DNA of 64,000 nucleotides from a virus (Duplodnaviria; Caudoviricetes): IMG/VR virus record IMGVR_UViG_2599185230_000001, positions 1 to 64,000 of that record; one strand, 5' to 3'. Shown piece by piece: positions 56,200 to 64,000 of this stretch (position 1 is its first letter; each line of letters starts with the position of its first letter). The notes under the pieces were generated by a model. It saw only the letters and a program-made list of their open reading frames with translations, ran no database searches and was not told where the DNA came from. The position numbers and the translations under genes were made by a program.

Positions 56200-56589
56200 A
56201 TGTTTGATAAACAAAAATTTGCTCAATTATTAAACAGGGCACGAGGAGACAGATCAATTAATCAGTATGCTTTACATACCGGTGTTACATCAGCTCACAT
56301 ATCTAGATTATCAAGGGCTATACTAGATTCGCCACCATCTCCTCAAACAATAAAAAAATTAGCTGATAATGCATACAATGATGTCACATATAAAGATTTG
56401 ATGGCAGCTGCCGGGTACCTCGATCAAAAAGACCCTCCAAAACCAAAGGCACTTGAAGGGTTGGATATGTTTTTTTTACGAGCCGTTGGCAAACTATCTC
56501 CGGAAGGAAAAAAGAAAGTTTATGATTACGTTGAAATGGTTGATGCCTTAGAAAAACAAAAAATAAAAGAACAAAATAAGAAAAAATAA
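56200..56589 (+). CDS. ImmR-like XRE repressor
   Basis: RSINQYA..TGV..A.ISRL...P.P.T.KKLA...LM.AAGY. Confidence 0.8.
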   Translation: MFDKQKFAQLLNRARGDRSINQYALHTGVTSAHISRLSRAILDSPPSPQTIKKLADNAYNDVTYKDLMAAAGYLDQKDPPKPKALEGLDMFFLRAVGKLSPEGKKKVYDYVEMVDALEKQKIKEQNKKK

Positions 56590-56659
56590 ACCACCGCAAA
56601 AATAGCGGTGGTTTTGTTGCTTTTTAAACATTCGACATTATTCAACAGGAGATGACATT

Positions 56660-57400
56660 TTGACTGAATCAAATGCTACAATAGAGGCGAGATTATTAGT
56701 CAATGCGCTCAAACCTAAATATCCTTTAGAGGTTACCTGGTTAGCCAATCAAATACTTGATAAACCTGTTATACTTGATGAGCAAGATTTCCCCATGAAT
56801 ATATGTGCCATGATTTTGGACAAGCCCATATATACCTCTGTACATATTTGTGTAAACCTTAATAGGCCTCACACAAGCCGGCGTTTTGGCGTGATACATG
56901 AATTAGCGCACCTATACCTGGGCCACAAAGGGAATATTAGTTTTATTGAAGAAGAGGAAGACCCTGTCCTTCACACAGAAGCCGATGACTTTTCAACCGA
57001 AATGCTTACACCTAAACATAGTATACTTATGCTAGCCCATAGATACCATGAGCCAATGGTCCTAATTCATAAAATTTTACGCGGTTATGATGTTAGTCTG
57101 GAAATGACGTGCAGAAGAATTTTAGAACTTGAAATTTTTAATGGCACTTTTACTTGCTTTAATGAAAATGATACATTTTTTTCTTATAGCACTCATGGAT
57201 TTGAACTTAATACAGAAAATATTAATTACATACCCAAGATTAACAAAGGTTGCTTAATAACACGTAAAGAAACTATACACGGTGTTCCTGTCAATTGTTA
57301 TATCAAACGTTTCATTAGTGGAAATTTTTTAATAGCTTTGGTAGAAGAGAGTCCAAAACCGTTTATAGAAAAACGACCTATCTTCATCCTGCGTGCTTAG
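56660..57400 (+). CDS. ImmA/IrrE-family metallopeptidase (anti-repressor)
   Basis: I.VN......RRF...HELAH...EAD.F..E.L.P. Confidence 0.88.
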   Translation: MTESNATIEARLLVNALKPKYPLEVTWLANQILDKPVILDEQDFPMNICAMILDKPIYTSVHICVNLNRPHTSRRFGVIHELAHLYLGHKGNISFIEEEEDPVLHTEADDFSTEMLTPKHSILMLAHRYHEPMVLIHKILRGYDVSLEMTCRRILELEIFNGTFTCFNENDTFFSYSTHGFELNTENINYIPKINKGCLITRKETIHGVPVNCYIKRFISGNFLIALVEESPKPFIEKRPIFILRA

Positions 57401-57484
57401 GTAATTAATTTTACCTTCGTAAATGGCCATAATGGCCATATTGTATTATAATTAATGTAAGAATAACATAGAGGTGATTTACCC

Positions 57485-57940
57485 ATGCCAAGCATTCCTA
57501 TTCATGAGGCGAAAAATAAACTAAGTGCTTTAAGACGTGAAGCCATAGCTGGTAGAGAATTTCTATTAGCTGATACAAAAAGAAAAGACGACCAACCAGC
57601 ATCACTCATTTCAACAGCTTTACTAGATGAACTATGTGAGAGTAAAACTTTTTCTTTCGGATGGCCTGATGAACCGGGAAAAGAAAGTGATAATTATTCG
57701 CTTTATAACCATGAAACCGGAGTATATGGTATCGGCCCCACAAAAAAGGAAGCTGTAGAAGATTTTATTGATAATATCGTGGATTATACTAATGTATATT
57801 TTAACGACCTTCCATTTTATTTAAGCATATCCGGTGGCCGTCGTGGACATTATTGGTATCTACGGCGTATTCTTCGCTGCGAAGGAAATAAAGAAAGAAT
57901 TTATCAGTTAATGGAACTAGATAAGGTGATGGTTGATTAA
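57485..57940 (+). CDS. Antitoxin-like protein (Phd-like N-terminus, HicB-like C-terminus)
   Basis: I.EAK.KLS.L; G.G.T..EA..D; upstream ATGGCCAT-A-ATGGCCAT operator. Confidence 0.6.
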   Translation: MPSIPIHEAKNKLSALRREAIAGREFLLADTKRKDDQPASLISTALLDELCESKTFSFGWPDEPGKESDNYSLYNHETGVYGIGPTKKEAVEDFIDNIVDYTNVYFNDLPFYLSISGGRRGHYWYLRRILRCEGNKERIYQLMELDKVMVD

Positions 57941-58176
57941 TGGGGTATACCTTTACTTGGGATGACATCGAAAAAATTTGCCGCAAATTAGGGATGAAAA
58001 AACAAGGCAAAACCGCTGTTTGGAAAGGTGTAGGGCCAGATGGAATTAAGCGTACCTGTGTTATCCATGCCAAACATAAAGGTAATATAGGAAGTGGTTT
58101 AGCACAGAAGATCGCCACAAGAGAACTAGGTTTTTCCTCGGTAGAAGAAATGTATAATTTTTTAAAAGCTATCTAG
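57940..58176 (+). CDS. HicA-like toxin
   Basis: 78 aa, basic; W..I..I..KLG...H....I..GL..KI; TAATG coupling. Confidence 0.6.
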   Translation: MGYTFTWDDIEKICRKLGMKKQGKTAVWKGVGPDGIKRTCVIHAKHKGNIGSGLAQKIATRELGFSSVEEMYNFLKAI

Positions 58177-58259
58177 AAAAATTTACATTTAAATCAAATG
58201 AGAACAAGTCCCGGTGATTAAAGATCATAAATTAAGCTAATTTTAACCGAGGTGTTAAT

Positions 58260-60051
58260 ATGACCCAGATATACAACTTCCGTAACACATACAAAGAAAA
58301 AAACAACTCTATCCGCTATGCCGTAGCCGTATTTCGAACATCAACCGAGGATCAATTCATAAGAGGTAATTCTATTACCGAGCAGAACAGCCGTATAGAT
58401 AAATGGGCTTTGAAAAACAACGTTATAATCATTGACAGGGAAGATATCGACCACTCTGCTTATCGAGGCCTGGATGAAGATCCCCGAATGTTACATTTAC
58501 TTGAAAAAGCAAAATCAGATCCACGAGTCAGTTTCTTTTTGGTTGATGAAAAAAGCAGATTTGCCAGACGTAAAGTTCTTCGCGTAATGTGGGCACATGA
58601 ACTCCGTCAGCATGGCGTTGAAGTTATTGGTGTCAGTGAACCTCACTATGACCGTAATTCCATTATGGGTGTATGGTGGGAGGGTATGAGCGAAACCAAG
58701 GACGAGGCTCGTTCCATGGAAACAGCTTACTGGACCATGCGTGGCATGTTACGCAATTTCCAGGAACGAGATCCCGAAACCGGTCATTGTTACCGTAACG
58801 GTGGACCGCCGGCATACGGCTATAAAAATGTCCATGTAACCAGAGGCAAAGACCCCAGAGGTAAAGATATCGTTAAACTTATCTGGGACATCAATGACGA
58901 GCATGCACCAATTGTCCGTTACGTTGTGCTAACTTGTTGGTTAGAAAAAAACATGACATTCAAGGCGATAAGAAACCATTTACAGTCTAATGAACCCAAA
59001 TGGGACGGACGACGTGAACCGGTTCTAAACGCTAAAAACAAACCTTGGAGTCTAACCTCTATTCGCGAGATGTGTGTTAAGGCGATGGAGGGGTATTACA
59101 ACGGGGTAGGTTACTTTAATCGCACCAGTAAGGATCTAGTTGGTACCGGCCAAAAGTGGAAAGATACAGAGGAATGGCTTCGACTAGAAAATGCCCACCC
59201 TAAAATTATTACAGATGAAGAATTTGTAAAGTTAGTTAAAGTGAAAGGTTTAAAAATGGAGCAAAGAAAAAAATCCGGGTTCATACCTCCTCGGGCAGAA
59301 AACAGTCGATATTTATTTACAGGAAAAAATCTAATCGGTGAGAATATGTTTACCTGCCTTCGCTGCGGCGGTCCGATGAAAGGTTCACCGTCAGGAGGTT
59401 ATTTGTACTATATATGTTCAAATAGGGATAATCAAGCTGTGATAATAATGCTCACTTAGCACAGGATGAAATCGAAAAAGTTGTTATTGATTACATTAAG
59501 GGAATGTTTTCGCCAGCAATGCTGGACGAAATAGTAAAAGAGGCAGAGAGAATTCTGGGACAGGAAAATAGCGACCAAGACGGGGCTATAAAACACTTGG
59601 AGAAATCTATTCAAGAAAAACAGCAGGCTATCAGTAACCTTCTTGAGCGTTAAAATTCGCCAAGGACCGTTCTATTATGCCTACACTAACAGCTGAACTT
59701 GACAAACTACAACAGGAAAAATCAGCTTTATTAAGCGATTTGGAAGAAATCAAATTGGACAAGCCAAAGTCTGTAATAATTGATTAGGCAGCTATAATTA
59801 AAAAAATAAATTATCTTGAAACGGTTTTGCGAAGTGATAAAGTCAGTAATCGCGATAAAAAAATAGCTGTTAAGGGCTTTGTAAAACAGCTTCAATATGA
59901 CCCAGTAGAAAATATGCTTCATATATATTTCTGGCCTTCACCGGTGGACCAGGCCAGCCCGATGGTTACCGAGGCGCTAAAAAGCAGAAAAGCCGGAGAT
60001 AACAGCTCTCCGACTTTCCCGGCTTTAGGTGGAGGCGACACCCGGATTTGA
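58260..60051 (+). pseudogene. Large serine recombinase, inactivated
   Basis: RTSTEDQ; SRFAR; G.P.YGY; HP.II; C..CG..M; YY.C; frameshifts near 59435 and 59650, TAG at 59785; C-terminus runs into the tRNA antisense strand. Confidence 0.88.
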
Positions 60052-60104
60052 ACCGGGGGATGAAGGATTTGCAGTCCTCTGCCTTACCACTTGGCTATGT
60101 CGCC
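60030..60104 (-). tRNA. tRNA-Cys(GCA)
   Basis: GGCGACA acceptor stem, GCA anticodon, GTTCAAAT T-loop, encoded CCA. Confidence 0.96.
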
Positions 60105-60616
60105 TTGGGAAAGACCTCCCCAAAAACGCAACCCCGCATCTGGTGCGGCCTAAACCTTCTATCCAGATATTAACAAACTAATAATTTTATTAACTTTTGG
60201 CCTGAGTCCCCTGCCGCTATTTCGAAAATCCTCTGCCGCTGGCTAAAGTCCTCCGTCGTCATTATAACTCCATAATATTTCTAAAGCCACTCCTTATGGC
60301 AACTACTCCAAAAACTCCTTTGCCATGCAATGTTGGAAATGGTTCGAATATACGTTAATCTTTGGGAAACAGATTTGCAGGCAATGCATATGCAGTTTAA
60401 CCCGGTGGACAGGCTTTTAAACAATTAATTAAAACGGGGGTATTAAGCTCCCTTTTATTCCCCTCAGCTATCTTATTTTAATAAACACAATATTGTTAAA
60501 TACCCCGTTCCCTTTATACTTGTTATTTAAACATAACTAAACACAGAGAAGCGGTATACTTGTTCAGTACGCACCGCTTCTCCCTCCGAACTGATTCCTT
60601 CTCTAATTTAATTTAA

Positions 60617-61894
60617 TTAACCCAATGGTAATCCAACTGCATCAAGCAAATCTTCCTTTTTTTGGTATTGTAGCCATAATATAAAGCCCCTATCTACGAC
60701 ATGAAGCCTTAGGTTAGATTCATCATAATCTAAAATTGTTGGCTTAACGCCCTTATTAATTTGTAACGATGCAGTAAATTTAAGTGCTTGCGTAATATTA
60801 CCAGAGTTCAATTCCTCACCACGGGGGTGCTTTTGCTCTAGCTTTTTTCTTATTTCAGAATATCTTAATCCTTTTTCTAATTCCTCCGTTGTTGCTGTCA
60901 GTATCGGATAAAGAAGCCACTTATACATTTGAAGAGTAGTATCTTGAAAACCATCCGCAAATTGAATTATAAATGAATTATACCTACCCGACTGTTGATT
61001 GACTATTTCTTTTATAATATCCTGGACTGATTTATCAACATTGACAACAATATTTTCTTCTTGAGTTTCTTCGATTCCTTTTAATTCACATGCTTTATAG
61101 CATGCCTCTTGAACTATATAAACACTTTCCTGGCAATTATTTATTAAATTATTCTTAAAATCATCCGTGAAGGTAATATATAGAAGTTGTTCCCCATTTT
61201 TTATAACCTCAAGAAGTTGAGGCTTAGTCCATTTATCGGCGTTAATAGCCATAACCCTACCAGTTAAATCGCCATTATAAACAATTAAGCGATTTTCCTC
61301 AAGCCATACTCCAACTATTACAAAACATAAGTTAGAATTTTCATGAAAAGCCTTGAGTTCAACTGCAAAATCCTTTTGTGTTTCAGGTTTAAGATAATGA
61401 AAATCTTCAAGTATTATTAGTTTACTAAACTTCATCTGGGCAAGAGCATTAATTATGTCGTTTACATCATCAATATCTAATTCAAGTTGAACACTTGTTA
61501 TTGCCGTCTCCTTTTCTTGCTGTTTTTCCCCTTGTAAAGATGAACCTATACCTAAAACTTTTGCCGTAAGCGAAGCAACAATCTTGTTTTTTCCCCTCTC
61601 GGTCTTAACGACAGATTGCTTAATTTCAAAACCTGCCCGTTTAAGAATATTTGCATTAATGTCTCCGATGTCCCATTGATTAGAACAATGGATAGTTATG
61701 TAATCTTCCTGCTTTAAGTTTTTTTTTCGAAGACTTGTTTTTCCTTGTTTTGAACTTCCGAATATAACTATATGCTTATCTCTTTTAAGCTCTTTAAACT
61801 TATCATCAATACCTTCTCTTGCCACATAGTTCTCTGGTACATTTCTTGAAATTCCAAATACATCTTGTGTTTTATAAACGGTTATTGTTGCCAT
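60617..61894 (-). CDS. P-loop NTPase with C-terminal winged-helix-like region
   Basis: YV.R; GSSKQGKTS Walker A; LIILEDFH Walker B; ATG 61894 after GGGAG. Confidence 0.75.
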   Translation of the reverse strand: MATITVYKTQDVFGISRNVPENYVAREGIDDKFKELKRDKHIVIFGSSKQGKTSLRKKNLKQEDYITIHCSNQWDIGDINANILKRAGFEIKQSVVKTERGKNKIVASLTAKVLGIGSSLQGEKQQEKETAITSVQLELDIDDVNDIINALAQMKFSKLIILEDFHYLKPETQKDFAVELKAFHENSNLCFVIVGVWLEENRLIVYNGDLTGRVMAINADKWTKPQLLEVIKNGEQLLYITFTDDFKNNLINNCQESVYIVQEACYKACELKGIEETQEENIVVNVDKSVQDIIKEIVNQQSGRYNSFIIQFADGFQDTTLQMYKWLLYPILTATTEELEKGLRYSEIRKKLEQKHPRGEELNSGNITQALKFTASLQINKGVKPTILDYDESNLRLHVVDRGFILWLQYQKKEDLLDAVGLPLG

Positions 61895-62131
61895 ATGATT
61901 TCTCCCTTTATACATATTAGGAATGGGTATATTCGCCGCACCCGAATGACTTACATTATAACACATTTCACTTAATATATTAATATTTCCAGTAAAGGTT
62001 AAGGTTATTATATACACCATATTTACGCTACTTATTCATTATGATGGCTACAGTAAAATCGACATATATCTATTTAATTATACAAAGGTTTCTTAACAAA
62101 TAAGCAGAATATAAAAAATAATATCAGCTGG

Positions 62132-62569
62132 GTGGTGTTAATATTGAACGAACAAACTAAAATAAAATTAATACAATTGGGCTTTACTGAAGACGAGATC
62201 AACAAAATGGCAGATACATTTAAAAACACACTAAAACTTTCCCCCCAAAAAGTCGAATCGGCATTTAATGAACTTATTAATCAAGGGCTTGATGAACAAT
62301 CCGCACATGATTTCTTTGTCCATACTCCATCTATCTTTGGAAAAGCAGTTGAAACAACTAGAAAACAATTCGACCTTTATCGGCAAATATTTGGGGATAG
62401 GTATATTGAAGTCATTAGTGATAGTCCAAGACGATTAATCCAAGGGCCTGAAACAATAATAAATAGATTAAACTATTTTAAAAGCGAAAATATACCCTTA
62501 GCTGAGGTTCAAAAAAATATATTTATTGGAAAGAAACAATTCAAGAAGAAATATGGTGTTGAACTATAA
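62132..62569 (+). CDS. mTERF-like helical repeat protein
   Basis: Three ~33-aa units (LGF...EI..M...L.LS; GL...F...PSIF; I...P..L..G.ET...RL.YF) and F.KKYG terminus. Confidence 0.5.
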   Translation: MVLILNEQTKIKLIQLGFTEDEINKMADTFKNTLKLSPQKVESAFNELINQGLDEQSAHDFFVHTPSIFGKAVETTRKQFDLYRQIFGDRYIEVISDSPRRLIQGPETIINRLNYFKSENIPLAEVQKNIFIGKKQFKKKYGVEL

Positions 62570-62766
62570 ACTTACACATTACAAACATACCCTGTTCTCT
62601 AATTAAATCTTGCGTAAAAAGCCCCTGCGTCGCTTTTGGTACGACCAAGGGCGTTCGATTTTTAATGTAACAAGATAGCAAAAAAGAAGCCGCAGATACG
62701 GCCCCTGTAAACAGGGTGGTAATTAAGTTTTTAAATCCACGCCACAACGTAATTACCCCCAGGTAA

Positions 62767-63876
62767 TTACGCCACTCGGCTTTTTGCTATTTCAAAGTAA
62801 TCAGGGTCTTTTTCAATCACAATAAAATTAAACCCTTCCCTTTTGGCTGCCACCGCCGTACTGCCACTCCCGCCGAAGGGATCTAACACGATACCTCCTG
62901 GAGGTGTTATTAGTCGGCAAAGCCACGCCATCAAGTCCCTTGGCTTTACCGTGGGATGGTTATTCCGGTATTTCGGAATTTTACCGCCAGTTAAACTTCC
63001 GTCAGCACTTCCGCACATACTACCGCCGCATTTTTCTTCAAGGCTGATCACGTTGCCCTGCCAGTCGGTGTTCCGGTCATTCTTGCTTGCCTTTTTGGAC
63101 AGTTCCCGTGATGTTACATTAAAATATGGGGCATACCATTGGTCAGGGTCAATTGTGACACAATTTGCCGGGAAGCGGCCCATCTCCCCAATTTTACAGC
63201 CGTCAATATTCAGCCCTCCAGTTCCATATGTTTCAACGTTATTGCACACAGTTTTCTCCAGGGGCTTCCTCGCTAAAAGTATCGGTTCATGGGCTGGTTT
63301 CAGGGCCGTCCCCCACCCGTCCCACTGTTTTGCCAGATCGGTGGTAGGTAACTTAATTGGCACCTCCTTTACTGCCTGGGAGTTTTCGTCTTGGAAGGCA
63401 TAAGTTTTACCGCTTCCAATACCGGCCTTTTGGGTGCCTATTACTTCCCGTTCGGCCCCAGCCTGCCTGTCAAATTGTTTGCTTACGTTCATGCTTTTGG
63501 GAAAGCCTTTCACGTACAGCCATTCTATTACGTCCCTAATCTCAAAGCCCGCCAGCCGAAGGGCCGTGGTCATAAGGTCTTGTGTCCGTGTCCCCGCAAA
63601 GCAAAGGATGTGTCCCCCAGGTTTTAGCACACGGTAAACTTCCCGCCAAAGGGAAGGGCTGGGCACAAAGCTGTCCCATTCCTTACCCATAAAGCCTTTA
63701 CCGGGGTGCCTGTATTCCTGGTCGTTCATCCAGTGGGTCAAGACTTCCCTAATGTCCGGTTCTTTGGAAAGGCCATAAGGCGGGTCAGTTACCACCGAGT
63801 CAATTGACAGTTCAGGCAGTTCCTTTAACACATCATAGCTGTCGCCCAGGGTAACTACGTTTATAAACTGCTGCAT
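62767..63876 (-). CDS. N4-C/N6-A DNA methyltransferase (beta class, phage type)
   Basis: VTDPPYG; HPTVKP; VLDPFGGSGST. Confidence 0.93.
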   Translation of the reverse strand: MQQFINVVTLGDSYDVLKELPELSIDSVVTDPPYGLSKEPDIREVLTHWMNDQEYRHPGKGFMGKEWDSFVPSPSLWREVYRVLKPGGHILCFAGTRTQDLMTTALRLAGFEIRDVIEWLYVKGFPKSMNVSKQFDRQAGAEREVIGTQKAGIGSGKTYAFQDENSQAVKEVPIKLPTTDLAKQWDGWGTALKPAHEPILLARKPLEKTVCNNVETYGTGGLNIDGCKIGEMGRFPANCVTIDPDQWYAPYFNVTSRELSKKASKNDRNTDWQGNVISLEEKCGGSMCGSADGSLTGGKIPKYRNNHPTVKPRDLMAWLCRLITPPGGIVLDPFGGSGSTAVAAKREGFNFIVIEKDPDYFEIAKSRVA

Positions 63877-64000
63877 TTGTTATGCCTCCTGCGTTTATCT
63901 TTTTTAGGGAAGGTCTTGCAGTAGCTGTAATAAGAAAGGTCTGGCCTGGGAGTTTCCCTTTTATTTCGTACCTTCACCTGTCCATCAGATAAGAACGGAT

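Noticed and set aside
59785-59787. In-frame TAG in the recombinase as pyrrolysine read-through
   Set aside because: The same gene has two frameshifts, so decay is the simpler explanation.
1-64000. CRISPR array
   Set aside because: No regularly spaced repeat-spacer run; the repeats found are operators, phage ends or dispersed RBS modules.

Overview
Low-GC Firmicute (Clostridia/Peptococcaceae-like, inferred from gene content) accessory region with nested mobile elements. A complete-looking ~40 kb Mu-like transposable prophage (6587-46551, mostly minus strand) carries c repressor, DDE transposase, MuB, GemA, Mor, lysis genes, terminase, portal, MuF, capsid, a PBSX/Xkd-type contractile tail and a Dam-family methylase in the mom position. 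It sits inside a decaying integrative element anchored at the 3' end of tRNA-Cys (60030-60104) by a frameshifted large serine recombinase. That element has ImmR/ImmA-type regulation, a HicBA-like TA pair, a C5 methylase and a tyrosine recombinase on the right, and radC, DUF932, a CHC2 zinc-finger gene and a type I toxin candidate on the left. The prophage ends (both TGTAG...) lack a target duplication and cut two different genes, implying a phage-mediated rearrangement. Most novel-looking signals: (1) a four-copy, covarying RNA switch that alternately sequesters the Shine-Dalgarno or loops out a hairpin between SD and AUG; (2) a ~330-nt hairpin-dense candidate ncRNA at 64-396; (3) a phage-encoded LoaP/NusG paralog with a structured RNA directly upstream of the terminase; (4) a MuF-zincin candidate toxin cassette; (5) an mTERF-like bacterial protein. 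All family calls are from motif recognition by eye; no database search was run.
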